Positions 42,020 through 52,312 of a stretch of 64,000 nt of DNA are shown here, one piece after another. The notes under the pieces are model-generated. The model searched no databases and was not told the DNA's origin. It worked only from the letters and a program-made list of their open reading frames with translations. This stretch comes from Bacilli bacterium. GTDB lineage: Bacteria; Bacillota_I; Bacilli_A; ML615J-28; CAG-313. The DNA is taken from assembly GCA_017411715.1 (NCBI GenBank), contig JAFQPO010000014.1, positions 174,258-238,257 of the forward strand, read 5' to 3'. Every line of letters starts with the position of its first letter. The stretch's first letter is position 1. A program made the translations under genes and the position numbers.

Positions 42020-43783
42020 CTACAATGTTTTATTTTTATAAAGCATTAAGTAATCATCGTATTTATCATAATCATTCTTAACATCTTCTAACATTTTCTT
42101 TTTCAAATCATCCATAAAGAAATTATACAAAGTCTTTAGGCATTGTCTAAATGCATCTATATTATTTGCATCAATCTCTTCTTTACTAATAATTTTATTA
42201 ATTAACTCACGATCAGGATCTGTTAAATAATAATTTTCCACAAAATCAACTGCATTTAGATTGTTATTTTGATTATAATAATCCCCTATCTGCAATAATA
42301 CTGTATAATATGGAATAAGTTCCACATTTGGGATATTCAAGTCAATAACTTTAACATATTCCAAATATAATTTTTTATCTTGAAGCACACATTTAATAAT
42401 TGTTTCGTATGCTTTAAATACTTTGTTAGGTATTTTATTACGTTTTCTTGTAACAACCTTAGTAGGGATATTATCTTCAGTATTTGGTGTATGCTCAACT
42501 CTAACACTACCAAAGTCACCCATCAAGCTTTCAAGTGAAATATTTAAAATCTCGCTTAATTTATTTAAATAAAACTCAACTGATGTTTTAGAAACATTCC
42601 CTCTTAAAAAGCTAAACACTTCTTGTTTACAATTTTCGACTGATTTAACATCATCAATCATTAAATTATCAACAGCTACTTTAAATAAATAGTCATAAAC
42701 ATTCAAAGCACCAGTTGATAAAGCATTGTTTAACGCATCTGCTCCATATTTTTTTAAGAAATCATCAGGATCAAGACCTTCAGGTAAAGCAATACACGTT
42801 GGCATAACATTAAATTCACTAAAGACTAAATTAGCTTTTTTGGTTGCGTTAATACCAGCTAAGTCACCATCAAAACATAAAATGACATTATCACAAATTC
42901 CTAATAGTGATTTAATATGATTTCTTGTTAGAGCAGTCCCCATTGTAGCAACGCTATTAGTAACTCCAGCTTTATATGCGGCGATAACATCCATAAAGCC
43001 TTCAAAAACGTACATTTTATTTAAACTTCTTGCTTGAAGTGATGCATTCTTAAAGTTATATAAAATGTCACTTTTTCTAAATATTGGATTTTCAATTGAA
43101 TTAATATATTTAGCCGTCTTATCAGTTGAATTAAAGATACGACCACTAAAAGCACAAACACTTCCTTGATGATTGGTAATTGGAAACATAATCCGATTCC
43201 TAAAACTATCAACTATTTCTCCTTGGGGATTTTGACTAACTAAGCCAAGTTCACTTTGAACAACCATATCTATTTTGTGTTCATTTAAAGCAAGGTGTAA
43301 GTAATTTGTACCATTAGGAGCAAGTCCAATTCTAAATTTAGAAATTATTTCATCACTAATACCACGTTCATGTAAATATTTTAAAGCTGCAAGTCCTTCT
43401 TTAGAATTTTTCAAATAAAATTCATAAAAGTTAGCTGCTTCTTCCATCGCATCATAATAGATTTTTTTCTTTTCTGATTCTGGATCATTATATAAATTAA
43501 TTGTAATACCAATTCTTTTAGCAAGTTTAACTACTGCTTCTTGGAAACTAATTTGTTCAAATTTAGAAACAAAACTTATTACATCCCCACCAGTATTACA
43601 ACTAAAACATTTAAACATCTTTTTCTCAGCACTTACTGACATTGAAGGATTAGTGTCATGATGAAAAGGACAAACACCCCAAAATCCTTTACCTTTTTGA
43701 GTAAGGGGTAGGTATTCACTAACAACATCAACAATATTCACTTCGTCAATAATCTGTTTTACTATCTTATTGTCAATCATCAT
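42020..43783 (-). CDS. dnaG: DNA primase DnaG
   Basis: Zn-ribbon [13 protein letters not shown]...CFSC, TOPRIM EGFMDV, upstream of sigA. Confidence 0.9.
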   Translation of the reverse strand: MMIDNKIVKQIIDEVNIVDVVSEYLPLTQKGKGFWGVCPFHHDTNPSMSVSAEKKMFKCFSCNTGGDVISFVSKFEQISFQEAVVKLAKRIGITINLYNDPESEKKKIYYDAMEEAANFYEFYLKNSKEGLAALKYLHERGISDEIISKFRIGLAPNGTNYLHLALNEHKIDMVVQSELGLVSQNPQGEIVDSFRNRIMFPITNHQGSVCAFSGRIFNSTDKTAKYINSIENPIFRKSDILYNFKNASLQARSLNKMYVFEGFMDVIAAYKAGVTNSVATMGTALTRNHIKSLLGICDNVILCFDGDLAGINATKKANLVFSEFNVMPTCIALPEGLDPDDFLKKYGADALNNALSTGALNVYDYLFKVAVDNLMIDDVKSVENCKQEVFSFLRGNVSKTSVEFYLNKLSEILNISLESLMGDFGSVRVEHTPNTEDNIPTKVVTRKRNKIPNKVFKAYETIIKCVLQDKKLYLEYVKVIDLNIPNVELIPYYTVLLQIGDYYNQNNNLNAVDFVENYYLTDPDRELINKIISKEEIDANNIDAFRQCLKTLYNFFMDDLKKKMLEDVKNDYDKYDDYLMLYKNKTL

Positions 43784-43836
43784 TTCACCTCTCTCATATT
43801 AATAATACGCAAGAAATTTCTATTTTACTCTTATTT

Positions 43837-45213
43837 TTAGAAAATATTTACTCTATCAATTAGATAATTTCTTAAATCTTCTACTTTTACCCTAACTTGT
43901 TCCATAGAATCACGTTCACGAACAGTTACAGTACCATCTTCTAGTGTATCAAAGTCAACAGTAACACAAAATGGTGTACCAATAGCGTCTTGACGGCGAT
44001 ATCTTTTACCAATTTTACCAGATGTATCAAAATCAGTAACTAATACTTTTCTTAAGTCATGATAAATTTCTTTAGCTTTATCATTTAATTTATTAACAAG
44101 TGGTAATACTGCTACTTTAAATGGCGCAAGTTCAGGATGTAAATGTAATACTTCACGAGTTTCGCCACCTTCAAGTGCTTCTTCTTCGTATGCATTTGTT
44201 AATACCGCAAGTAGTAAACGTTCAACACCTAGACTTGGTTCAACAACGTATGGTAAATATTTTTCATTAGTTTCTGGATCTAAATATTCTAAGTTTTGTT
44301 TAGAATGTTTTTGATGTACGCCTAAATCATAGTCTGTTCTATCAGCAATACCCCAAAGTTCACCCCAACCAAAGAAAAATTTAAATTCAAAGTCACTAGT
44401 TGCTTTAGAATAGAAAGATAATTCATGTTGTTCATGATCTCTAATACGTAATGCTTCAGGTTTTAAACCTAAATCTAGTAAAAATTGATAACAATAATCT
44501 TTCCAGTATGCGAACCATTCTAAATCAGTATCTGGTTTACAGAAGAATTCTAATTCCATTTGTTCAAATTCACGTGTTCTAAAAATAAAGTTACCTGGTG
44601 TAATTTCGTTTCTAAAGCTTTTACCAATTTGACCAATCCCAAAAGGTACTTTCTTACGAGATGTTCTTTGAACATTTTTAAAGTTTACAAAAATACCTTG
44701 TGCAGTTTCAGGACGTAAATAAACAGTATTTTTAGCATCTTCAATTACACCTTGATTAGTTTTAAACATTAAGTTAAATTTACGAATATCTGTATAATCT
44801 AATGCGCCACATGTAGGGCATTTAATGTTATGTTCTTTAATATAAGTAATTAATTCTTCATTACTTAAACCGTCACCAGTAACTTCCCCGCCAGTGAAAT
44901 CTTCAATTAGTTTATCAGCTCTAAATCTAGAGTGACATGATTTACAGTCAATTAAAGGATCACTAAATCCTCCAACGTGTCCACTAGCTACCCAAGTTTC
45001 AGGATTCATTAAGATAGCAGCATCAAGTCCAACATTATATTCATTATCTTGAACAAAACGTCTCCACCATAATTTTTTAATATTATTTTTAAGTTCTACG
45101 CCAAGTGGTCCATAGTCCCATGCGTTAGCAAGGCCCCCATAAATTTCACTACCTTGATAAACAAAACCTCTTTCTTTTAAATAAGAAACAAATTTTTCCA
45201 TTGTCATTTCCAT
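43837..45213 (-). CDS. glyQS: Glycine--tRNA ligase (alpha2 dimeric type, GlyQS)
   Basis: Class II aaRS motifs; about 458 aa alpha2-type GlyRS; preceded by a T-box leader. Confidence 0.9.
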   Translation of the reverse strand: MEMTMEKFVSYLKERGFVYQGSEIYGGLANAWDYGPLGVELKNNIKKLWWRRFVQDNEYNVGLDAAILMNPETWVASGHVGGFSDPLIDCKSCHSRFRADKLIEDFTGGEVTGDGLSNEELITYIKEHNIKCPTCGALDYTDIRKFNLMFKTNQGVIEDAKNTVYLRPETAQGIFVNFKNVQRTSRKKVPFGIGQIGKSFRNEITPGNFIFRTREFEQMELEFFCKPDTDLEWFAYWKDYCYQFLLDLGLKPEALRIRDHEQHELSFYSKATSDFEFKFFFGWGELWGIADRTDYDLGVHQKHSKQNLEYLDPETNEKYLPYVVEPSLGVERLLLAVLTNAYEEEALEGGETREVLHLHPELAPFKVAVLPLVNKLNDKAKEIYHDLRKVLVTDFDTSGKIGKRYRRQDAIGTPFCVTVDFDTLEDGTVTVRERDSMEQVRVKVEDLRNYLIDRVNIF

Positions 45214-45234
45214 TTTTTAATTCCTCCGATAAAA

Positions 45235-45420
45235 AAATAATAAAAAAAGCCCCTAACAAGAGACTTAAGGGACGAGTATACACCCGCGGTTCCACCCAAA
45301 TTACGACAATGTCGTCACTTTTTATAACTAAACGCTCCGAAACGCCTTTTCAAAATACCCGCATACAAGTTTCCACGAACCACTTGCTCCCTATAAATTA
45401 AGTATTCTTACTTCTTTTCA
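45235..45420 (-). promoter_or_regulatory. T-box riboswitch leader of glyQS (tRNA-Gly sensing)
   Basis: Minus-strand AAUUUGGGUGGAACCGCGGGUG (reverse complement of 45281-45302) matches the T-box consensus AAnnnGGGTGGnACCGCG; followed by a terminator hairpin + U8 (reverse complement of 45241-45275) just upstream of the glyQS SD. Confidence 0.7.
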
Positions 45421-45505
45421 TCATTGCTGTATATATTATACCAAAAAATATTAAAAAATGCAACTTATATAAACAAAAAAGCAAACATAAATGATATGTC
45501 TATTG

Positions 45506-46252
45506 TTATTTACATAAAGTATAGTATATTTTTTTTGAATTCGGTAGATATTCAATATATTTTTGATAATATTTATCAATTAATTGATTATATTTTGTTA
45601 TTAGTTCATCACTAATTTCTTTTAATAATTCATCAGTTAATTCAGCTATTTTAGTGTAATATAGCGCTTTTAATAATGATAATTCATACTTATCTAAATC
45701 TATTAATGTCTCATATTGATGTGTATGACACAAACATCCACCCTCAGTTATACTAAATGATAGTTCACTTGATGAACCACAATAAATACATTTTTTAAAT
45801 TCAGGATTAATTCCTAGTAAATATGTTAGTTTAATTTCAAAAAATATCAAAAGTAATTTTGGACAATTAGTAGTTTTTAAATAATTCAAACAATCTTTTA
45901 AAAACTTATATCCAATTTCATGATCAGTTATTGAATCTGATAAATGATAAACTTTATCTAACATACACATAGCAACTTGTATTTTAACAAAATCATTTTT
46001 TATTACATTATAGCTATCTAAGATTTCTCCACCCGAAAAACTTGAAAACTCACTATCAGTACATGAAACTTCCGCAAGTGTTAATGTTTCACAAAAAGCA
46101 CTACTTTTAGCACCAATTTTCTTACTTCCACGTACATGCAAGCTAAAACGCCCAATATGGCCATAAAAATAGGCTATTTGGGCATTTTCTTTATAGTCTA
46201 ATGATTTAAGGACGATTCCCTCGATCTTCTTCAATTCCTTGTGCATCTTCAT
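45506..46252 (-). CDS. recO: DNA repair protein RecO
   Basis: N-terminal OB-fold (EGIVLKSLDY), Zn-finger CIYCG...CLCHTH; era-recO synteny. Confidence 0.8.
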   Translation of the reverse strand: MKMHKELKKIEGIVLKSLDYKENAQIAYFYGHIGRFSLHVRGSKKIGAKSSAFCETLTLAEVSCTDSEFSSFSGGEILDSYNVIKNDFVKIQVAMCMLDKVYHLSDSITDHEIGYKFLKDCLNYLKTTNCPKLLLIFFEIKLTYLLGINPEFKKCIYCGSSSELSFSITEGGCLCHTHQYETLIDLDKYELSLLKALYYTKIAELTDELLKEISDELITKYNQLIDKYYQKYIEYLPNSKKIYYTLCK

Positions 46253-46379
46253 AATCTAATAGAGCTATCTCCATATCTTCATTTTTAGCTGTCTTAACAC
46301 TTACTCGATACTTCAAATAATCTTCAATTCGACCAGTTTTTAAAAACTCGCCCCATAAACTATCTCTTTTTTTATTCAT
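46206..46379 (-). CDS. yqzL: YqzL-like small protein (57 aa, below ORF-track cutoff)
   Basis: GGAGGGA SD 4 nt before ATG 46379; LWGEFLKTGRIEDYLKYR resembles the YqzL family (SWxxFxKTGxIDxYLLFK); sits between era and recO as in B. subtilis; 3' end overlaps recO start by 47 nt in another frame. Confidence 0.5.
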   Translation of the reverse strand: MNKKRDSLWGEFLKTGRIEDYLKYRVSVKTAKNEDMEIALLDYEDAQGIEEDRGNRP

Positions 46380-46437
46380 ACAATCCCTCCTTATAAATAG
46401 GATGGATTAGTAATATAAATTTATACAAAGTAAGTAA

Positions 46438-47349
46438 TTATTTTTCTATTTTATAGCCATATTCACGTAATCTACTTTTATTATTACGCCAATTCTCTTC
46501 AACCTTTACAAAAAGTTCTAAGTAAACTTTAGTCCCCATAATAGTTACTAAATCGCGTCTTGCCATCATGCCTATTTTTTTAATCATCGAGCCACCTGCC
46601 CCAATAATAATCTTCTTTTGAGATTGTCTTTCAACAACAATGGTAGCTAAAATATCTTGCATATCTTTAACTTTAGGATTAGGCTTAAATGATTCAACAA
46701 CAACCGCCACACTATGTGGGACTTCTTCTTTAGTTAAATATAATACTTTTTCACGTATAATCTCTTGAACTACAAATTTCATTGGCGCATCAAGTAATTG
46801 ATCATCTGGATAATACATCGGTCCAAGAGGTAAATAAGATGTAATAATTTCTAATAATTTATTACAATTATCCCCACTCTCAGCACAAATTGTTATGCCC
46901 CCCGCAAAATTATATAGTTTTTTATATTCATTAATACGTTCTTCTAAAACACTACTATCTTCAACTAAATCTATTTTATTTAAAACTAGTACAACAGGGA
47001 TTTTAACCTTTTCCAAAACACTAACCGCATATTTTTCAAGATTAGTAATATCTGTTGATACATCAACCATAAATAGTACTAAATCAAGTCCTTCTAGTGA
47101 GGTATTAACAGAACTATTCATAAATTCGCCTAGTTCAGTAAATGCTTTATGAACGCCTGGGGTATCAATAAAGATAATTTGTTCATTATCAGTTGTGTAA
47201 ATTGCTTTAATAGCATTACGTGTAGTTTGTGCTTTAGGTGATACAATCACTAAATGTTCTTGTAAAAAATGATTTAGTAAAGTACTTTTTCCTACATTAG
47301 GTGCACCAATAATTCCAACAAAGCCTGATTTAAAACCTTTATTCATCAC
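46438..47349 (-). CDS. era: GTPase Era
   Basis: G1 GAPNVGKST, G3 DTPG, NKID, C-terminal KH domain. Confidence 0.9.
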   Translation of the reverse strand: MMNKGFKSGFVGIIGAPNVGKSTLLNHFLQEHLVIVSPKAQTTRNAIKAIYTTDNEQIIFIDTPGVHKAFTELGEFMNSSVNTSLEGLDLVLFMVDVSTDITNLEKYAVSVLEKVKIPVVLVLNKIDLVEDSSVLEERINEYKKLYNFAGGITICAESGDNCNKLLEIITSYLPLGPMYYPDDQLLDAPMKFVVQEIIREKVLYLTKEEVPHSVAVVVESFKPNPKVKDMQDILATIVVERQSQKKIIIGAGGSMIKKIGMMARRDLVTIMGTKVYLELFVKVEENWRNNKSRLREYGYKIEK

Positions 47350-47740
47350 TTAAATCATCCTTTGTGAAAGATAGTGGTAATAAATCAATAACTTTAATAC
47401 TACGTTCTACACCTTCTAGATTGCGCATGTAAACTGTTGCGTCTAGTGGCATAAGTTCAAGAATAACTTGACGACAAGCGCCACATGGAGCAGCTGGTAC
47501 TTTAGAATTAGACATAATTAATAATTCAACAATATCATCTTTATGATATCCTAACGCAATACTACTAAATAAAGCAGTGCGTTCAGCACAGTTAGTTAAA
47601 CCGTAAGATGCATTTTCAACATTGCATCCGGGGATAAATTTACCATCTTTCATTACAAGTAATGCGCCAACTTTAAAATTAGAATATGGCGCATACGCTC
47701 TATCATACGCTTCTTTAGTTAATTCCCACTTTTTATTCAT
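47339..47740 (-). CDS. cdd: Cytidine deaminase
   Basis: CAER..PCGACRQ zinc-binding motifs, 133 aa. Confidence 0.85.
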   Translation of the reverse strand: MNKKWELTKEAYDRAYAPYSNFKVGALLVMKDGKFIPGCNVENASYGLTNCAERTALFSSIALGYHKDDIVELLIMSNSKVPAAPCGACRQVILELMPLDATVYMRNLEGVERSIKVIDLLPLSFTKDDLSDE

Positions 47741-48203
47741 TTTGACCTCTTGTTATTTTAAGTTTTGTTAATACTTCTTCTTGTTTAGCAAACATTATTT
47801 TTTCATCTTCTTCATTCATATGGTCATAGCCTAGTAAATGATAGATTCCATGTGCTACTAAAAAGGCAAATTCGCGTAACACAGAATGATTATAAGCATC
47901 AGCTTGATTTATAACATGTTTAGTTGAAATAAAAATATCACCAAGTTCAACAGGATATCCATGTTTAACTTTAACATTTTCTAAATCATCAATACATGCA
48001 AAACTGATAACATCAGTTTCAGAATCAATATTACGATATTCTTTATTTAAACGATGGATTTCATTTCCATCAACCATAATAACACTAATATAATGTATGC
48101 CTTTAATTTTTTCTTTTTTTGAAATTACTTTTGCGATAGTCTTGGCTACTTTTTCTGGATTAAAATTCCAAACGCCATCTTCTACGAAATTTATTTTAAT
48201 CAT
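47733..48203 (-). CDS. ybeY: rRNA maturation endoribonuclease YbeY
   Basis: HGIYHLLGYDH metal-binding motif. Confidence 0.85.
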   Translation of the reverse strand: MIKINFVEDGVWNFNPEKVAKTIAKVISKKEKIKGIHYISVIMVDGNEIHRLNKEYRNIDSETDVISFACIDDLENVKVKHGYPVELGDIFISTKHVINQADAYNHSVLREFAFLVAHGIYHLLGYDHMNEEDEKIMFAKQEEVLTKLKITRGQNE

Positions 48204-49168
48204 TATTCCCTCTTATTTTTTTCATATTGGTTAATTATCTTACTAACAAGCGGATGTCTCATCACATCATTTTTATCAAATGAGATAAGTGAAATTCCTT
48301 TAATATCACCAAATAACTTAACTGCTTCAGCTAAACCAGAATCACTAGCTTTTGCAAGGTCAATTTGCGTTAAATCACCAGTAATTACCATTTGTGAATT
48401 AAAACCAAGTCTTGTTAAGAACATTTTCATTTGACTTGATGTTGTATTTTGTGCTTCATCTAGAATGATGAAAGCATTATCCAATGTACGCCCACGCATG
48501 TATGCAAGTGGAGCAATTTCGATATTACCTTTTAAAATTAATTTATCAACCATATCATGGCCTAAAATATCATATAAAGCATCATAAATCGGTATTAAAT
48601 AAGGATCTACTTTTTCTTTCAAATCACCTGGTAAGAATCCTAGTTTTTCTCCTGCTTCAACAACAGGTCTTGTGATAATTAATTTTTTAATTTTGTTTTT
48701 CTTTAACAACATTGCTGCATAAGCAACCGCTAAATAAGTTTTACCTGTACCAGCTGCTCCATACGCAAAAGTAATTGCACTTTTTTCCAAAGCATCATAG
48801 TATCGTTTTTGAGAAATAGATTTCACTAAGACAATTCTACCATCAAAAGTAGTCGCAACTACTTTTCTCTTAGCATAAAAATCACGAACTTCTTCTAATT
48901 CGTATTTTTTAAGCATCTTAATAATACCTAAAACATCACGTTCGCGAACAGTTACTTTAGTTTTAGCCAGAGTTTCGATCACATTAAAAACATTAGCCAC
49001 AAAATCGGCTTTAAAAGAATCATTAGTCTTAATTTTAACATCTTCACTAGAAGCAATTAATTCAACATCTAATTCTTCTTCTATTACCATTAAATTTCCA
49101 TTGACCGAACCAAGCACATTTTTAGCAAGTTCCATATCATTAAATAAATATACAATTTGTTTTTCCAT
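48203..49168 (-). CDS. phoH: PhoH-like ATPase
   Basis: Walker A GAAGTGKT, PhoH family length; yqfD-phoH-ybeY synteny. Confidence 0.85.
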   Translation of the reverse strand: MEKQIVYLFNDMELAKNVLGSVNGNLMVIEEELDVELIASSEDVKIKTNDSFKADFVANVFNVIETLAKTKVTVRERDVLGIIKMLKKYELEEVRDFYAKRKVVATTFDGRIVLVKSISQKRYYDALEKSAITFAYGAAGTGKTYLAVAYAAMLLKKNKIKKLIITRPVVEAGEKLGFLPGDLKEKVDPYLIPIYDALYDILGHDMVDKLILKGNIEIAPLAYMRGRTLDNAFIILDEAQNTTSSQMKMFLTRLGFNSQMVITGDLTQIDLAKASDSGLAEAVKLFGDIKGISLISFDKNDVMRHPLVSKIINQYEKNKRE

Positions 49169-49217
49169 AACAAACCTTCTTTCACCTTATTATACCACAA
49201 AATATCAGATTTAGCAA

Positions 49218-50219
49218 TCAATATTCAACGAATGTTGCAATGTTTTCGTATTTATTAACTAAGAATGTAAATTCATAGCATTCTTCATCTTCTAAAAAGG
49301 AAATTACTTTCATATCAATAATATATTCTTTATTTAAATCATGTGAATTATTAAAATTTTTCTTAACGATACTTTCCGCATACATTCTTCCAATATCACA
49401 ACTTCTAATATCTCCTATCGTCTTTTTTTCAATCTCATAATATCTAAATATTTTAAAAAAGAAAAAATCAAATAATACTTTACTATTATCACTTTCTTTA
49501 AAAGATAAGCTAGTAGATTTTAACTTTTCTACACTATATTCATAATATTTATCAACTACAACTTTCTCATAAGTAAAAGTTCTGGCATAAATGTATGCTA
49601 ATGGTGAAACTATCTCATTTTCACTTAAAGTACCGCTAATTAAAAGATCACCTTTTTTAACAACATCACCCAAATTAATGTTTGATTTACCTCGTAAAAC
49701 AATCATTTTATCTACTAACCCATTTGCGGATGATATAATATCTCCTTTTTTTAGAGTAACTTCAGGTACTATTTCAACATCTATCTTATCAATGTCAATA
49801 TATAATATTGAAGTATCTTTTCTAAGTCCTATCCATGCATACTCAGGATGATTTATTCTTAACTTAGATTCTAGAGTATTAAGTTTTTGACTAGGATAAT
49901 AAAAAGGACCAACTTTTTTCATTGATGTCATTACTTCATGGTAAACACTTTCATCCTCATAATTACTAAAAGATATTTCTCTTATATATAAGGAAGAAGA
50001 CACAATAACTCCAAACATTATTAGCAGTCCTAAAAGAATAATTAAGTATCGTTTTAAAAACTTTTTACCATTTTCTAAGATTTTATTATTTCTACTATCC
50101 CTTATTTCATAATAGATTTCTCCATCTACAAACTTAGCATTATAAAAATCATTTGGCACATCTATTAAAAAATCATCTTTTTCTTTTCTTTGACTAACGT
50201 TTAATGATAATTTCATCAA
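49218..50219 (-). CDS. yqfD: Sporulation protein YqfD-like (single-TM)
   Basis: Position between yqfC-like and phoH as in B. subtilis; one central TM; no strong motif (synteny-based). Confidence 0.5.
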   Translation of the reverse strand: MMKLSLNVSQRKEKDDFLIDVPNDFYNAKFVDGEIYYEIRDSRNNKILENGKKFLKRYLIILLGLLIMFGVIVSSSLYIREISFSNYEDESVYHEVMTSMKKVGPFYYPSQKLNTLESKLRINHPEYAWIGLRKDTSILYIDIDKIDVEIVPEVTLKKGDIISSANGLVDKMIVLRGKSNINLGDVVKKGDLLISGTLSENEIVSPLAYIYARTFTYEKVVVDKYYEYSVEKLKSTSLSFKESDNSKVLFDFFFFKIFRYYEIEKKTIGDIRSCDIGRMYAESIVKKNFNNSHDLNKEYIIDMKVISFLEDEECYEFTFLVNKYENIATFVEY

Positions 50220-50412
50220 TCATCCCCACTATCATTATACTATTATTTTGATACTTTTTAACTGTCAATTCCATTCCTTTTATTATATAATCAGTAGTTT
50301 CAATCATATTTTGATCAAAATCAAGCAACGCTAAACAATTATCAATTATAATTTCATGCTTACCTATTAAATAAAGTTTAGATTCTTTTAAATCTTTTAT
50401 AAGTGAAAACAC
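50194..50412 (-). CDS. yqfC: Sporulation protein YqfC-like (72 aa)
   Basis: LIGKHEIIIDNCLALLDFDQNMI resembles the YqfC core (MVGRLHIYIENHRGLIEYSNEHI); overlaps yqfD-like start. Confidence 0.5.
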   Translation of the reverse strand: MFSLIKDLKESKLYLIGKHEIIIDNCLALLDFDQNMIETTDYIIKGMELTVKKYQNNSIMIVGMIDEIIIKR

Positions 50413-50456
50413 TTCATCACCTCATTAATTATATGCATGAATAAGAATATTAAGCA

Positions 50457-50487
50457 TAAAAAAAAGCTAATCAATATCTGATTAGCT
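50457..50487 (-). terminator. Rho-independent terminator after rpsU
   Basis: agctaatca-atatc-tgattagct perfect 9-bp stem; plus-strand A9 (50457-65) gives U9 on the minus strand. Confidence 0.8.
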
Positions 50488-50500
50488 GCTTTACTTGATA

Positions 50501-50680
50501 CTAACGACGAACGCCTGCTTTTCTAGCTGCGCGACGTTTTTCTTTACGAATGTCGCTTGGTTTCATATAGTGTTCACGTTTGCGGGCTTCAACAAGGGTC
50601 CCTGAACGAGAAACATCACGTTTGAAACGTTTTAAAGCTTCATCAAGTGTATCATTTTCACGAACGATAGTTTTTGGCAT
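50501..50680 (-). CDS. rpsU: 30S ribosomal protein S21 (59 aa; missed by ORF track)
   Basis: Minus-strand translation [59 protein letters not shown]; GGGAGGGACCAGGA SD region upstream. Confidence 0.9.
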   Translation of the reverse strand: MPKTIVRENDTLDEALKRFKRDVSRSGTLVEARKREHYMKPSDIRKEKRRAARKAGVRR

Positions 50681-50758
50681 AATCCTGGTCCCTCCCTTCG
50701 CACCTAAATTCCTTTATATTATACACGAATTAGACATTTTTGTAAAACGATTTACAAT

Positions 50759-52225
50759 TTAAAATAAAATATTAGTTGCTCTTGTTAAATAGTTTTCCGC
50801 AATCATCGAAAAATCAAAGTTTAATTCAACACTAGCGCCTGATAAATGCTTAATTGTTGCGACAACAAACCATTGTAACGCAAAAAATGCAATCCACATT
50901 TCTACTATTTTTTTATTTTCTTCATAGTTATCAACATCATAATATTTAAGTAACACAAATGCATCTTCAATATTGTTATTACCAAAACATGCAATATCCA
51001 TTAAAGGATCGCCAACACAAGCAAACTCAAAGTCAAAAATTTTAATTCCTAAACGTCCTTTGACAAAATTAGATCTTTGACTATCACCATGAATAAAACA
51101 ATTTGGTCTATTGCCTAATGATGAAAGTAAGCAAAATAATTTTTCTTTTGCTTGTAAATATCTATCATTAAAAACAAATCCCATCGCAACTAAATGTCTT
51201 TCATATTCTAAATATCTAGCAACAGGATTAACAAATAGTTCTTGACTATTCACCTTGTAAGAATGAAGTCTTTTTAAAATAGCACACACATCTTCTAAAT
51301 CTGCTCCATTTAATTCGATATTTTTTAAACAATCACCATCATAAAACTTAGTAATCATTAATCCACTATCTTCTAGATATTCAAAATAGTTATCACAAAA
51401 AATTGCTTTATACACCTCAAGCGCATTTTTTTCATATTGGCGATTAACAAACACTTCTTTAGGATCATTAGAATATCTAACTACTTTGTAATCATCATTA
51501 ACAAAACATTTATAAGTGTAGTTACTCATTCCCTCAGGTATACGAGAAACTATGCCAACATTAGATGTGTGATAAACATTCTCTAGTTTCTTAGTAATTT
51601 CTTCTCTAATACTTTTTTCATGAAGTGATTCAATCATACTATACATAAATTTTGAAAAAGCACGTCCTCTGTGGCTTATTCTATTTTTATCATCTAAGCT
51701 AATTTGAGCAAATGTTTTTTGATAATCATCATAGTAAAAAATATGATCATATCCAAATCCTCTTTCGCCTCTTTCTTCATCTATAATATGGCCAGAGCAT
51801 GTCCCAACAAATGTTTGTGGAGTGTTACCATCATAATAACAAATAGTACAATGAAAAGTTGCACTAGCGGGCATATTTCCTGCTAATTTACTTCTTAGAT
51901 AATCTCTTTTTTCTTTATCGGTTGAAAAAGATCCAAATCTAGCTGAATATAAACCAGGTGCACCATCTAGTACATCAACTTCAAGCCCCGTATCATCTGC
52001 TAAAACAGGAATTTTATAATGATCATAATACGCCTTAGCTTTAATAAAAGCATTTTCTTGATAAGTTTGTCCAAATTCATCAGGTGTTTCACAAACATCA
52101 TCAAAATCACGTAATGATAGAAATTCAATATCAATTGACTTCCCCGTATCCATTAAAAATGCCTGATACATTTTTTTATATTCATTTAATTTCCCTATAT
52201 TTGATGTTCCAATTAGTATTTTCAT
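50759..52225 (-). CDS. Fusion: non-canonical purine NTP pyrophosphatase (Ham1/RdgB) + aminoglycoside-phosphotransferase/choline-kinase-like kinase domain
   Basis: N-terminus MKILIGTSNIGKLNEY...DTGLEVDVLDGAPGLYSARF (ITPase fold); C-terminal about 300 aa with HGD (IHGDSQRSNF) and D-F-E (IFDFEFACVGDPLMD) kinase motifs; start at ATG 52225 with GGGGGA SD. Confidence 0.75.
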   Translation of the reverse strand: MKILIGTSNIGKLNEYKKMYQAFLMDTGKSIDIEFLSLRDFDDVCETPDEFGQTYQENAFIKAKAYYDHYKIPVLADDTGLEVDVLDGAPGLYSARFGSFSTDKEKRDYLRSKLAGNMPASATFHCTICYYDGNTPQTFVGTCSGHIIDEERGERGFGYDHIFYYDDYQKTFAQISLDDKNRISHRGRAFSKFMYSMIESLHEKSIREEITKKLENVYHTSNVGIVSRIPEGMSNYTYKCFVNDDYKVVRYSNDPKEVFVNRQYEKNALEVYKAIFCDNYFEYLEDSGLMITKFYDGDCLKNIELNGADLEDVCAILKRLHSYKVNSQELFVNPVARYLEYERHLVAMGFVFNDRYLQAKEKLFCLLSSLGNRPNCFIHGDSQRSNFVKGRLGIKIFDFEFACVGDPLMDIACFGNNNIEDAFVLLKYYDVDNYEENKKIVEMWIAFFALQWFVVATIKHLSGASVELNFDFSMIAENYLTRATNILF

Positions 52226-52312
52226 AAATTCCCCCAATTTGTAATATATTATACCAAATCTTTATCAGTTTTTCACATACTTTGCAAAATAAAAAACTCA
52301 GAAAATCTGAGT

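Noticed and set aside
45201-45615. Two plus-strand ORFs (45201-45401 and 45424-45615) in the recO-glyQS intergenic region
   Set aside because: The region is the minus-strand T-box leader and promoter of glyQS. The ORFs have no SD and are AT-rich and low complexity.
50580-50762. 60-aa plus-strand ORF
   Set aside because: It is the antisense shadow of rpsU (ribosomal protein S21), which translates perfectly on the minus strand at 50501-50680.
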